A stretch of 60,880 bases of DNA, filler included, from Sanchytrium tribonematis (GCA_018985235.1; 8 parts of 8 records of this genome joined end to end with filler, not necessarily neighbours in it), one strand, 5' to 3'. Shown: positions 10,329-21,719, counted from the whole stretch's first letter. Notes: generated by a model from the letters alone, not told the origin. Translations and numbers: made by a program.

Positions 10329-11460
10329 TTACTCCTTCTTCTGCTTGCTAAATAAGCGATTATCATCTATATTAAATGCCCAGAATTCATTAAAATGGCC
10401 AGAAACAAGTGCCACAATACATGGCAAGATAGTTACAGCAGGAGACAAATACAAAAGTGCAGGCTAAATAAATGTAAAATACTTGAGCGTGCTTATATGT
10501 GTGCATAACGTAAATGGTTGTCCCGAGACCCAGAACATATGCAAAAAGTCCTGTTATGAAATATCTGTTGGTATTTTTGACTCTATCAAAGAATTTACAG
10601 AGAGCGATAAACACACCAGGGATGACAATATCACCAAGGCCAAGTAAAGCAAATTTCCACTCGCCGTCTTCTAAAATTTTCCTGGGATATTGAAGTTTAA
10701 TGGGGCCATCGACTTTTGTTGCCACACTTACCATTACATCAGTTCCAAACACCCAAAAAATATCATAAAAGAAGAGTCCCCACATTAGAAGTATCCCCGT
10801 TTTTACAGAATCGAGATCCAATAGAGCGATTGCTTGAACTGAAAATGCAAAAGCTAGAATATTTGACAATATCCAGTGACCGTAAATGAAATAAGATGCA
10901 GCAATGCCAAGACTGATTAAAATTAGCAATAAACTTGCTGAACTCATACTCATTTGAATAATTTCTTCATCTCCATCTTTTTTAACTTGAGAATATGTCA
11001 ATTTATATTCTGAGCAACCTAGAAAAATAAGTATTTTCCCCACCGTATCTTCAATGAGACGCCAGGTAGCAAAAGTACCAAACATGGTAAAATACCCTTT
11101 CAGAGCTGTATTGATATCCACAACAGAAAAAATAATGTATAAACCGAACAAAGTTATAGACGCTGTAATCGGAAACCACAAAGCGTCAGAAGTTGTCATG
11201 GATTGACCTAGAACCGGTTTTTTCTTTTGAGAGCATGCAATATAAATCGGTATTATAGCGGACACAAAAATAAGAGTATATGCAAATAAATCCTCAAATT
11301 CTATCATGAAAAATTCAGTATATTCAATTGAAATGCTCTTTGCTTGTTCAAAATAGTTGCCAAGATATTTTGACGTCAAATTTAAGTATACCTCAAGCTC
11401 TTGTTTCCATTCAGTAGCATTAATTCCAGTGGAATTAAGAGTGGTAAAGTTACTAGACAT
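10329..11460 (-). CDS. SPP: Signal peptide peptidase (A22B); exons 11460-10483 and 10463-10329
   Basis: YDIFWVF and LGLGDIVIPG; splicing restores the QPALLYL motif. Confidence 0.93.
10464..10482 (-). other. 19-nt intron (gtattttacatttatttag)
   Basis: Removal joins HAQ|PALLYLSP, the invariant SPP motif. Confidence 0.95.
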
Positions 11461-11489
11461 CTCCAAAGTTTTGAAAAATAATCAAGTAT

Positions 11490-12380
11490 TTATTCAGCGG
11501 CATCAAATGCTTTCTTGTAGGAAGCTTTCTTTTGAGCAACTTTGTTCTTTCTTTCTGCCAAGCTCAATGGTCTCTTTCTGTTCTTGTTGACTAGCGCTTT
11601 AGCCTTTGCAATATCAACCTTTGCCTTAGGAACGTCTGGATTTGCCCTGATTTTGGAATGAGCATTTTTGTATAATGCTTCTAGACCAGCTGGCTCAACT
11701 TTTTCTTTAATAAATTTCGAAAATTGCTTTTTGTACTTTTCTGGGTCTTCTTCCTTCAACATAGTCATGTAATCTGAGATATGACCTCCAAAAATGTATT
11801 TTTTTAATACTTCGGTTTCCAATTCTTTGCTTTCAGAGTCAAAACCAGGAAATCTGTTTTCCGAGTGTGGAACGTAAAGACCACCATCTACAGCTCCTTT
11901 AAGTGCTGCAAAAATCTTTGATCCAGTAGTTGTTCGTCGTAATCCAACATCTAAGAAGCATTTGAAGGGTTGTACTTCACCGTCAGCTTCTACTAAATAG
12001 AACTCACCAGTTGCTTCTTGGCCTTCAAATTGAGTCAATTTCAATTTCTTCAAAAGCCTGCGCGCTACCAAAAGACCAGTGCAATAAGCAGCAGGCCAGT
12101 TACCCAATCCAGCTTTAATTCCAAAATGTTCCAACTCAGAAGAATTTGCTTGAGCTAATACAACATCTCCAACAACTTTAGCTTTTACAATCTGGGCAAT
12201 TACATGCTTATTGGTGAATCTGACGACAAGTCTATATTTTGCAGCATTATACTTGTTTTTAGCTTGAATGACTAGCTTCTTACGTTGGTAGTAATCAGTT
12301 TTACCCTCTCTTCTACGTCTATACTTGGTTTGATATCTCTTGTAGTAGGCAGTTGTTTTGTACTCTTTAACTAAAGGCAT
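11490..12380 (-). CDS. RPL5: 60S ribosomal protein L5 (uL18)
   Basis: YRRRREGKTDY, KYRLVVRFTN, AYCTGLL, DGGLYVPHS. Confidence 0.98.
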   Translation of the reverse strand: MPLVKEYKTTAYYKRYQTKYRRRREGKTDYYQRKKLVIQAKNKYNAAKYRLVVRFTNKHVIAQIVKAKVVGDVVLAQANSSELEHFGIKAGLGNWPAAYCTGLLVARRLLKKLKLTQFEGQEATGEFYLVEADGEVQPFKCFLDVGLRRTTTGSKIFAALKGAVDGGLYVPHSENRFPGFDSESKELETEVLKKYIFGGHISDYMTMLKEEDPEKYKKQFSKFIKEKVEPAGLEALYKNAHSKIRANPDVPKAKVDIAKAKALVNKNRKRPLSLAERKNKVAQKKASYKKAFDAAE

Positions 12381-12500
12381 TGGTCAGCATTTGATATTTT
12401 GAGTTTGTTTGCAAACACGTGTTTCTTATCCCCAACTGTGGAATTTAACCTATCGGAGACGAGCTAATTAATTTTTGGCAAAACTATATTTTGTAACAAG

Positions 12501-14082
12501 ATGTTCCGATCTCTGGTTCGCAATGCAATTGCAAAATCAAAAGAGCAACAAATGATCTCAAGAATTAAAGCCAAACAAGATGCTTCAAAGCTCGGTGGTG
12601 GATCAGCAGCTATTGAAAAACAACATTCTAAAGGAAAATTAACTGCTCGAGAAAGAATTTATTTACTTCTTGATAATAATTCTTTTTCAGAAACTGATAT
12701 GTTGGTTGAGCACGATTGCAATGACTTTGGAATGGAAAATAAGAAGTTTCCTGGCGATGGAGTTGTTACAGGAAGTGGTACAATCAATGGGCGGCCTGTT
12801 TATGTTTTCTCTCAAGATTTTACAGTATTTGGAGGCTCGCTGTCTAAAACACATGCTCAGAAGATTTGCAAAATTATGGACCACGCAGTACAAAATCAAT
12901 GTCCTATTATTGGATTGAATGATTCGGGTGGGGCCAGAATTCAAGAGGGAGTTGATTCCCTTGCCGGATATGCTGATATTTTCTTAAAAAATGTTTTAAG
13001 TAGTGGTGTTGTACCTCAGCTTTCAATGATTACAGGACCTTGTGCTGGTGGTGCTGTTTATTCCCCTGCATTGACAGATTTTACTTTTATGGTACGAGAC
13101 ACCTCTCATCTTTTCGTTACTGGACCAGATGTAGTCAAAGCCGTAACAAATGAGGTGGTTTCCTTTGAAGAACTTGGTGGGGCATCTGTTCATACCAGCA
13201 AATCTGGAGTTGCCCATCTAGCTTTTGAGAATGATATTGAAGCTATGGCTAAACTCAGAGAATTTTTTGACTTTTTACCTCTGAGCAACAAGCATCAACC
13301 TCCGATTAAATATACCTCTGATCCAATTGATAGGGCAGATAATGCTCTGGATATTATAGTACCAGCAGATTCCTCAAAAGCCTATGACATGAAGCATGTT
13401 ATAACCAGAATAGTTGACGATGGTAATTTCTTTGAAATTATGCCCAATTACGCAAAAAATATGATTATAGGCTTCTCAAGAGTATTTATAAATAATGTAG
13501 ATGAATGGGCAAACAGTCGGAATTGTCGCAAATCAGCCTAATATTTCTTCTGGTGTTTTGGACATCAATTCTTCAATCAAAGCTGCAAGATGGGTAAGAT
13601 TTTGCGATGCTTTCAACATTCCAATTTTAACATTCGTGGATGTTCCTGGATTTCTTCCTGGCGTTGCTCAAGAGCATAATGGCATTATTCGACATGGTGC
13701 TAAGCTTTTGTACGCATATGCTGAAGCTACTGTCCCTAAAATTACAATTATCACAAGAAAGGCATATGGAGGAGCATATGATGTTATGAGTAGTAAACAT
13801 CTACGAGGAGACGTCAATTACGGCTGGCCTACCGGTGAAATTGCAGTAATGGGAGCTAAAGGTGCAGTCGAAATTATTTTTAGAAAAGACAAAAATATCG
13901 CACAACAAGAAAAGGAATACACTGAAATTTTTGCAAATCCACTGCCCGCAGCACAAAGAGGTTTTCTTGACGACGTTATAATGCCAAAAACTACGAGACA
14001 TAGAGTAATTAAGGACTTGAAAATCTTAAGAAACAAACAGTTGAAAAATCCATGGAAAAAGCACGGAAACATTCCTTTATAA
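12501..14082 (+). CDS. PCCB: Propionyl-CoA carboxylase beta chain; exons 12501-13481 and 13501-14082
   Basis: [44 protein letters not shown]; splice joins [17 protein letters not shown]. Confidence 0.95.
13482..13500 (+). other. 19-nt intron (gtatttataaataatgtag)
   Basis: Joins two PCCB ORFs in frame at a conserved site. Confidence 0.93.
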
Positions 14083-14087
14083 ATAGT

Positions 14088-15357
14088 TTACTCTTGGTAT
14101 TTTCTAGCTCTTCCTCTTCTTACAGTTTTAGGAGTTGCCTTTGCCCAACTAGAAGGGAGACGTCTTCGACCACTTTTTTGTGTATCTCTAACACTAACGG
14201 TTTCTGACACTACACTTGAATCCTCTTGGGTGGCTTGAACTTGCTCTTCAGCATCATCGCTACTGACTATAATTACTTCATCAAGCTTTTTCTTTTTAGT
14301 CGCTGGCTTTTTACTAGCCAGAGCTCTGGTTTTTCTTTTGACTGGTGGCGGTTTGAAATTTTCTGTTTCTTCGTCACTACTACTTAGACCGATTTGTGGA
14401 ATTTCAGGTTTATCCACCTCCATATGCGCAGTATTAGGTGTATCGGGCTTTTTTAATTCTCCGTCATCAAGCCTCATTTCTTTGAATCCGGATTGTATTT
14501 CCTTGTCTATAAATGACATTTGAGAGCGAACAAGATCTGATAATCCATCATCCTCCTGTGACTCTATTATACTCTCATTATTCTCCATTTTCACTGTGAG
14601 AGACAGAACTCTTTCTCGAGAGAGTTTCAACATCCTTGATATCACTTTTTCGAGAGTGTCTTTTTCTTCTCTGCGTATGCACACCTCAATGGTGTCAGTC
14701 AATCTTTCAGACGGAAGCATTTTCAAGTCTGGTGATAGTCCAGCGATGATGTCAGCCATTTTAATGTCTTTTTCAACTTCTTCGTTAATTACTATCCCAG
14801 AGTTTCCATTTCGTATTATCTGTTTTCGTTTTTTGACAAATGAGACGCAGGTGAGTGGATTTGCAACATATTTGATTTGCTTTGCTAATCTTTGAGGATG
14901 TATGGGATCGAGAATTTCATCTTGCATCAATATGCTTAGTCGAATAATTGGCCAAGTTTCTTTATTTTCGTAATCGATTCCTTCAATATTATCTCTTATA
15001 CGCACCACATTATCGATAACATTTTTCTCAAGAGCATCAGGCAAGCAATCCATAGATATTTGTTCATAAACGTATTCTCTGTTTGGTAAATTAAATCTTT
15101 CGAGTGAATATTCGTTTGGACCTAATACAGTCAAAACATTTCCTTTTTTTAAGTGTGCCTCGTTAGGCTGGAGAGATGTCACAATACTTGATCCGGCCTG
15201 AAGAATATCAACATTGTCTAATTTTATAACTTCTGGTTCGCAAAAGTGTTCATGTCCCCAAAGCACGAAATTAATGAAATTGGGAAGTAACTCTTCAGGT
15301 AAATATCTCTTGGCAAAGTGGGTTCGGTTTTGATGAATCAACATAATAGAAAACATT
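14088..15357 (-). CDS. MRE11: Mre11 nuclease, 5'-truncated by a spacer
   Basis: IHQNR..YLPEELLP.F..VLWGHEH.C, GSSIVTSL..NE, PIIRL, YVANP. Confidence 0.88.
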
Positions 15358-15457
15358 NNNNNNNNNNNNNNNNNNNNNNNNNNNNNNNNNNNNNNNNNNN
15401 NTTAATTAATTAANNNNNNNNNNNNNNNNNNNNNNNNNNNNNNNNNNNNNNNNNNNN
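15358..15457. other. Artificial contig spacer
   Basis: N44-TTAATTAATTAA-N44. Confidence 0.99.
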
Positions 15458-15528
15458 CCAATTTAGGTGATTTGCTTCAAAAATGGTTTGATCCTATTTG
15501 TACATTCCATTGACAATGTGACCCCTTG

Positions 15529-16308
15529 ATGTTGATTGTATTTTTACATCTATTTGCATTTCCCACATTGACCAATCCACCCAGTTCATCCAAAAATGGA
15601 ATGATTGCAGATTACGTTGTAAACATATTACAGGACTTCGTAATAAGTGGAACATGTAGTTTTAAATCACTTGGACCAATTATATCAATGATTCAGTTTT
15701 TGAGATCAAAGCGGGACTCACTGGTGGATCAGTACCAATGCAAAGCTTCTTCTTCTTGCGGACAATTGTTCATTAAAAATTTGTTCAATGATTTTGATTA
15801 TGAATCGCCAATGGTTTTTAAAAGAACCAATAGTCGATTAACAAAATCAACTAACTTAGATAGAGAATCAAAACAAAATATATTGATAAATTTAAACTTG
15901 TTTTTTCGTATGTGGGACATCTTCGATTCTACATCGAAATGGAATTTTGCAAACTATATAGGTGTACTATTAGAGTTTTTATCAGAAGATCGTGTGATAC
16001 TTCATTCGAAAATAACTATTTTGTTGACTTTTATCAAACAATTTGAAATCATTCCCACAAATATTTTTGTTTACAAAATGAATCCGCTAATCAACGAATA
16101 CGGTTTGGATACGGATTATCACTTTGTTCATTCTGATGTTGTATTGGGGCTTTCTACAAAACACTTACTTGTATCAAAATATGTTCATCCGGACCATTAT
16201 TTAATGGATAAAGCACTAAATGAGTTAAAACTATTTGTAGGATCTCTTGAAGTTGACAATTTGACTTCTCGATTTTACTATTTCATAAAATCAAAACTAG
16301 GTGAATGA
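15529..16308 (+). CDS. Hypothetical, probably secreted protein
   Basis: 259-codon ORF; short hydrophobic leader MLIVFLHLFA; no recognised motif. Confidence 0.55.
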   Translation: MLIVFLHLFAFPTLTNPPSSSKNGMIADYVVNILQDFVISGTCSFKSLGPIISMIQFLRSKRDSLVDQYQCKASSSCGQLFIKNLFNDFDYESPMVFKRTNSRLTKSTNLDRESKQNILINLNLFFRMWDIFDSTSKWNFANYIGVLLEFLSEDRVILHSKITILLTFIKQFEIIPTNIFVYKMNPLINEYGLDTDYHFVHSDVVLGLSTKHLLVSKYVHPDHYLMDKALNELKLFVGSLEVDNLTSRFYYFIKSKLGE

Positions 16309-16370
16309 CAAAATTAATTCATCAAACAATAAATGAATAATCAATTTATTTTTTGCGACACTCCTTCAAA

Positions 16371-17369
16371 ATGATTAAAATCATGTCTTATAATATTTTA
16401 TCACCCCAAATTGCATCTAAAATGTCATACATGTATAAAAATTGCATATTAGAGAATAGATTTCCACGTATTATTGATAAAATATTAAAAATGAACCCTG
16501 ATGTATTATTTTTACAAGAAGTTGAATTAGATCAATTTACCCATTTAAAATCTATATTATCAGATTATTATGGTGATTATCAACAACGACTATCAAATCC
16601 AGATGGATGTGCTACATTTATCAAGCATCATTTGAAATTAAAGTATTTTAAACCCATTTTATTAAATATTCCAAATTCAATATCCAATCGAAATAATGTG
16701 TGTTTATTACATTTAATTGAATGTAATCATGAATTATTAGTATTAGCCAATACCCATATATTATATAATCCAAAAAGAGGCTATATTAAAGCATCTCAAA
16801 TTATTCAAATAAATAATGAAATTTTTAATTTAATGGATCAATTCAACTGCAAATCATCCCCAATTCTATTTGGTGGTGATTTTAATTTGAGTCCATCTAG
16901 TGCATTATATGAATTGATTACAAATGGGCATGTGAATTTACAAATGATTCCTGAGCATCAATTATCCAATCAACTCTCTACTCCAAAATCATCCCTCTCT
17001 ACATCATTAACCATTCCATGTATCATTCCTGATGATTTATATTTGCCATTTATTTATAAATCAGCGTATTTAGACCAGCATGATTATTTTACACAAGATT
17101 TGAAGAGTAAAAATGGATTTCATGGATTATTTGTTGATTTTATATTTTATGGGCATTTAAACAAGGATTATAAGCCAGTACGTGTTGATGGAATGTATCA
17201 ATCACTCAGTAGTGAATTAGAATGGAATGAGCCTCATGAAACTGTAAAATCATTAAAATGTGTTAAAATTGGAGAATTGACCCATCCATCAGCATGTGTA
17301 TCCATGCCACATCAAAATGAACCATCTGATCATTTCAGTGTGTATGCCGAATTTGTATTTAATCAATAA
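16371..17369 (+). CDS. CCR4/nocturnin/Angel-family EEP phosphoesterase
   Basis: MSYNIL, LFLQEVE, DGCATF, ANTHILYNPKRG, GGDFN, VDFIFY, PSDHF. Confidence 0.88.
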   Translation: MIKIMSYNILSPQIASKMSYMYKNCILENRFPRIIDKILKMNPDVLFLQEVELDQFTHLKSILSDYYGDYQQRLSNPDGCATFIKHHLKLKYFKPILLNIPNSISNRNNVCLLHLIECNHELLVLANTHILYNPKRGYIKASQIIQINNEIFNLMDQFNCKSSPILFGGDFNLSPSSALYELITNGHVNLQMIPEHQLSNQLSTPKSSLSTSLTIPCIIPDDLYLPFIYKSAYLDQHDYFTQDLKSKNGFHGLFVDFIFYGHLNKDYKPVRVDGMYQSLSSELEWNEPHETVKSLKCVKIGELTHPSACVSMPHQNEPSDHFSVYAEFVFNQ

Positions 17370-17556
17370 TAAACTGCTTTATTCTCTCAAAATGACTTGC
17401 GCAACTTGGTAAAGGTAAACCTAATAATTCATTTATTTCCACCAATACAAGACTGGTAAACACTCTGTGTATAGCTTTGTAATGAGTTTATCTCATTTAA
17501 ATGATCCAATCTCTTTTAATTATTCATTTCTAATTATGTCTATTCATTAAAATCAA

Positions 17557-17586
17557 CCAATGAGTCTAAATGAGTTGTCTATTTAA
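17557..17586 (+). promoter_or_regulatory. CCAAT + CTATTTAA (TATA-like) promoter of peptide gene 1
   Basis: CCAAT at -52 and CTATTTAA at -30 from ATG, same spacing in all three paralogs. Confidence 0.65.
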
Positions 17587-17608
17587 AGAGCGTATTCCCA
17601 TTTAAATA

Positions 17609-17779
17609 ATGTTATTCATTTCATCTTTTATTTCTGCTATTGCTTTATCTGTTGATGGACAAACTTGTACTCAAGTGATTCAAGAACAACATCAAAATGG
17701 AATTATTGGGATTACGGAAGTGGCACATGCTACTGCAAATTGTGAATATGCACATTCACCTGCTTACAACAAGAAATAA
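17609..17779 (+). CDS. Small secreted two-Cys peptide, paralog 1 (56 aa)
   Basis: MLFISSFISAIALSVDGQTCTQVIQEQHQNGIIGITEVAHATANCEYAHSPAYNKK*; not in ORF track. Confidence 0.8.
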   Translation: MLFISSFISAIALSVDGQTCTQVIQEQHQNGIIGITEVAHATANCEYAHSPAYNKK

Positions 17780-18009
17780 ATGAATTTCAAGTTGCAATTT
17801 GATTTTGATGAATTGCATTTTAAAACTGGGAGTGACATTTGCAAATGGATTCAAATTTGATTGCATTATACGTCATTGCTTTCGTTGACTGATGATCATG
17901 ACAATTTTGGTCGCTAAATTGTTCCATATATTATCAGGTCTAGCTCATTTTATTTGCACCAATGTCAGCACTTTTCCATATTTCTATTTATCAGGTAATG
18001 AAACTCGAA

Positions 18010-18039
18010 CCAATAGCTGTAGGACTGCTGGCTATTTAA
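18010..18039 (+). promoter_or_regulatory. CCAAT + CTATTTAA promoter of peptide gene 2
   Basis: Same -52/-30 spacing. Confidence 0.65.
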
Positions 18040-18061
18040 ACAGACTGATTCTTTTACATTA

Positions 18062-18235
18062 ATGTTATTCATTACATCCATTGCTGCGCTTCCAACTCCA
18101 ATGACTGTTGAAGATTGCCAAAGAATCATGAATAATGCTGTTAGGAAAGGTATCTTGAGTGTCACTAACAAGAATGTTTTTATTGCGAATTGTGAATACA
18201 AATTCACTCCAGAATACAACTCTGGTAAAAAATAA
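18062..18235 (+). CDS. Small secreted two-Cys peptide, paralog 2 (57 aa)
   Basis: MLFITSIAALPTPMTVEDCQRIMNNAVRKGILSVTNKNVFIANCEYKFTPEYNSGKK*; not in ORF track. Confidence 0.85.
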   Translation: MLFITSIAALPTPMTVEDCQRIMNNAVRKGILSVTNKNVFIANCEYKFTPEYNSGKK

Positions 18236-18420
18236 ATCGATATTTGGCAAATTGACAGTAACAAGTGAATCAATTTTCAAAAAAGTATCTTTCATTGTTA
18301 AACAAGATGAACGAGATGAAAGATTTAACTATTTATTAATCCACTTTATGGGTTAATCGTTGTTGGCCAATGAGTTGAAATTAAAAAGTTTATGACAATT
18401 TAATAATTCATATAATTGGA

Positions 18421-18450
18421 CCAATAACTGTAAATGAGTTGGCTATTTAA
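18421..18450 (+). promoter_or_regulatory. CCAAT + CTATTTAA promoter of peptide gene 3
   Basis: Same -52/-30 spacing. Confidence 0.65.
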
Positions 18451-18472
18451 GCAGACTATTCCCAATAGAATC

Positions 18473-18646
18473 ATGTTATTCATTTCAATGATTGCAGCTA
18501 TTCCATTTCCAATGTCAGTTGAAGACTGTCAAAATATCATGAACAGAGCAGTGAATCAAGGTAATTTGGATGTGACCAATAAAAATGTCTTTACAGCAAA
18601 TTGCGAATACAAGTGGACACCAGAGTATAACCCGGATCAACAATAA
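18473..18646 (+). CDS. Small secreted two-Cys peptide, paralog 3 (57 aa)
   Basis: MLFISMIAAIPFPMSVEDCQNIMNRAVNQGNLDVTNKNVFTANCEYKWTPEYNPDQQ*. Confidence 0.85.
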   Translation: MLFISMIAAIPFPMSVEDCQNIMNRAVNQGNLDVTNKNVFTANCEYKWTPEYNPDQQ

Positions 18647-18732
18647 ATCAATTTTTAGCCAATTTTTGTTAAAATGCTTGTAAAATACTTGTAATCATGG
18701 ATGATAACGGCAATCAATTTATTAATAATTCA

Positions 18733-18939
18733 CTAATCCATGACTCTATTGGGTATTTTACTAAAGATACTCGATTTAGAATTCTGTAATCCAATTACAA
18801 CCAATTCTTCCTCTTGATCATCAGATATATATTTATCATGACTCCATTTGTCTACTTTTTCGCATCTGGAGTGTTTGCTCTTCTTTTTCATTAATTTAGG
18901 TTTGTTTGAGTGGACCATTTGATGATCTTGTTTCATCAT
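18733..18939 (-). CDS. Possible small basic protein with a KWxHDKY motif
   Basis: DKWSHDKY resembles the WxHD motif of Btz/mRNP-export factors; short, weak support. Confidence 0.3.
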   Translation of the reverse strand: MMKQDHQMVHSNKPKLMKKKSKHSRCEKVDKWSHDKYISDDQEEELVVIGLQNSKSSIFSKIPNRVMD

Positions 18940-19572
18940 CTCCAGTTTATTTATTTTTTCAAACCAATCAACCAAAATGAAATGATCAGACTGATTTGAA
19001 AATACAAGTGGGTCGTAATGTTTTAAGATGTCAAGGACGCATATAATATTGCCATAGATATGGCAGCGTAATTTCCTAATCTAATTGACATTAGAATTGT
19101 AAAGAACCAGATAAAATGTGTATATGTCCAATTTCATTTTTATATCTATTGAAATTTCATGTGCTATGACGCTGGTAGTCTATTTATCAGTAGTTATCAT
19201 AAACACACTCTAAATGAGATAAAATAAAATTTGCGACCTAAAAGATTCGAAGACAAAACTGGACACGGTTTTTTCCTTAAAAAGTTGAAGTTGCTGGATG
19301 TGCCCGGAGTTAAACTTTTATTTTTAATATTATCCTCAATTAACAAATTGTGTGAGATGGCCACTAGATATCAAAGATTTATTTTGCAATGTTAATGCCC
19401 GTGGAGATACTTGGTATTTGGTCATTTAGCGCCTTTGCTGCAAAATTGCCCCAATTGGTGTTGCTAATAAAAAATTATATCAATGGAATCAATTGATTGG
19501 ATAGCATCCACAAAGGAGGGCAAGGCACAAGTTGCAATTTACCCATAAAGACAATGAAAAACCCATTTCACA

Positions 19573-20739
19573 ATGCTTTTCATCTCTATCTTGTATGCGC
19601 AATCTGTAGCAGCATGTGCCAATCCACGTATTCGTAAAGAAATCACATTAATGACAGCTCAAGAAATCACAGATTTGAAGAATGGATTGGATGTTTTACA
19701 ACAAAGTGGCAGATTATCATGGTATGGTCAACGACATTCTGAATTATTTGAGATCATACATGGCAATAATGATTTCTTTCCATCTCATCGTGCATTTTTA
19801 TGGCAATTTGAAACAGAATTGAGAAATGCAAGTGGGAATCCAACATTAACCCTTCCATTTATTGACGAGGGATCTATTGCAGATCAATTTGGTACTCAAG
19901 TCTCTAATGGACTATCATTAATGAATCTAGGATCCATGAAAGGATGCGTTACAGGTGGATTATTAAAAAATTGGCAATCTGTTTATCCAGAACCACATTG
20001 CATCTCAAGAGATATTGATCCAACATCCGTATTACGTGGTAGAGCATTAATTGATAGTTTTATATCCACTACATTTGATTTTACAACATTTTCAAGCACA
20101 TTTGAGAATTCTATCCATAATGCATTTCATTTTTATATGGGTGGTGATATGGCTGAATCTTATAGTAGCAATGACCCTATTTTCTTTCTGCATCATGCAT
20201 TTAATGATTACATGGTCTTGCGATGGCAGTTGATTCACGGAGGTATCGCAAATTTGCCAACTGGCATCATGGGTGGCAAATTACTCCAAACAATGCCCAT
20301 CACAGTCTCACAAGCCATGTCCATGACTGGTATTTGTGTCCAATACCAAGATAAACCCACTGTCAATGCCCAATTGGCAAAAAGACAAGTCAATTACAAA
20401 GGATTATCCCCAGTATTAACCAATTTCAACCAATATCTCCCCAATAATCCAAAAAAGAGTGATTATTACAATGTATTATCACAACAAGCATCCAAATATA
20501 AAGCCAATCCATCCAATGCCACCCACACCAGTTGTTTACAAACTATTTTGGAATATCATCAGGGATCTTTAGTATTTTTACCCATTAATAAGCCCATTGA
20601 ACAAGATAAATTAAAGAAAATGAAGATTAGTGTGGCTAATGTCCAATTGGCATATGCAAATATGGATAATACTGCCAAACAATTGGCACAAGTTGGTCAT
20701 TTGCAATTATATGATGCCACCAAACGTGTTTATGTATAA
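19573..20739 (+). CDS. Secreted tyrosinase (type-3 di-copper)
   Basis: C..PRIRKE start; CuA H..(IH)..FFPSHR; CuB HNAFH..GGDM..SSNDPIFFLHH; KR site before a C-terminal domain. Confidence 0.92.
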   Translation: MLFISILYAQSVAACANPRIRKEITLMTAQEITDLKNGLDVLQQSGRLSWYGQRHSELFEIIHGNNDFFPSHRAFLWQFETELRNASGNPTLTLPFIDEGSIADQFGTQVSNGLSLMNLGSMKGCVTGGLLKNWQSVYPEPHCISRDIDPTSVLRGRALIDSFISTTFDFTTFSSTFENSIHNAFHFYMGGDMAESYSSNDPIFFLHHAFNDYMVLRWQLIHGGIANLPTGIMGGKLLQTMPITVSQAMSMTGICVQYQDKPTVNAQLAKRQVNYKGLSPVLTNFNQYLPNNPKKSDYYNVLSQQASKYKANPSNATHTSCLQTILEYHQGSLVFLPINKPIEQDKLKKMKISVANVQLAYANMDNTAKQLAQVGHLQLYDATKRVYV

Positions 20740-20750
20740 TAAATCATGTT

Positions 20751-21583
20751 TTATTGATTCCATTGACTTCTTTCTTCAATTTGTTCTGCTGTCATGGCAA
20801 CCAAACCTGATTTATCTCCACGATTTCCATTCCAAACTTTTGGAATCACACTGATGTGTTCCTCATTTCCAACAATTATTTTTTTGTTGATTTGTTTTTC
20901 AACCAAATCAATCCAATCCTTAAATGTCATAGTTAGTGGTTTGTTGTAAGTTCCATAATTTGGCATCCCATGATACATGTCATCACCTCTAGTAGACGAA
21001 ATAATCCATTGACCTCCACCAATTGCATCAATAAACACCACTGCCGGTGACATAAAAACAAAATTCGATCCAATATTGTAAAAAATTGGATACTCTTTCC
21101 TAATTGTAATTAACATTTCAAATAAAAAGACATATGCAGCAGAATCTAAAGCCAATCCCTTATTTCTGAGAATTCTCAGTAAATGATTACGATTTTTGAT
21201 GACAATTGTTGTAGGATCTCCTTTCTTCCATCTTCTTGTATTCAAACTAACTTTATGGTCGATTCCGAAATCATTATTGGATAAGTCACCATATTCCCTC
21301 TCCAATTTCTCATAAAGTCGTCTGCCAAATTCATCCACATCAATTCCTTCTATCAAGCTAGACTTTATTTCTTGATCAAAAATGTCTCGATTCCAAGGCA
21401 AAGTATGATCATCTCCACTATCCAACTGAGGTGCTTTAATGCGACGGTTATTGACAAATCTTCCCGAGCCGGTCATTCCCAAAGCAACATTATTGTTGGT
21501 GTTACTGGGGTTTGTTTGACCCGGAGCTAATCCATCATTTGATCCAACAATTTCAAACCAAACACTACCAATGCAAAGTACAT
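20751..21583 (-). CDS. Hypothetical protein whose likely leader (MYFALVVFGLK) is out of frame with the main ORF; pseudogene or spliced
   Basis: Long ORF ending in CAA-TAA-A. The ATG 21583 frame stops at 21527; its leader resembles that of the neighbouring gene. Confidence 0.5.
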
Positions 21584-21719
21584 TTGCAATTTGGGGGAAC
21601 GATGCCTCTTTTGTAGCCAATTAGGGGTTATTTGTACCCACACGTGGTACCCCTCATTCTTCACCCGTGTGACATCAAAAAACATGGGTCAAATCCATTC
21701 CCATTTTCAAATGTCAAAA

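Noticed and set aside
12501..14082. Programmed frameshifts or pseudogenes for split genes (PCCB, eRF1, BCAT, PGM3, calreticulin)
   Set aside because: Every break has a GT-AG 19-20-nt segment with a shared 3' motif whose removal restores the protein exactly.
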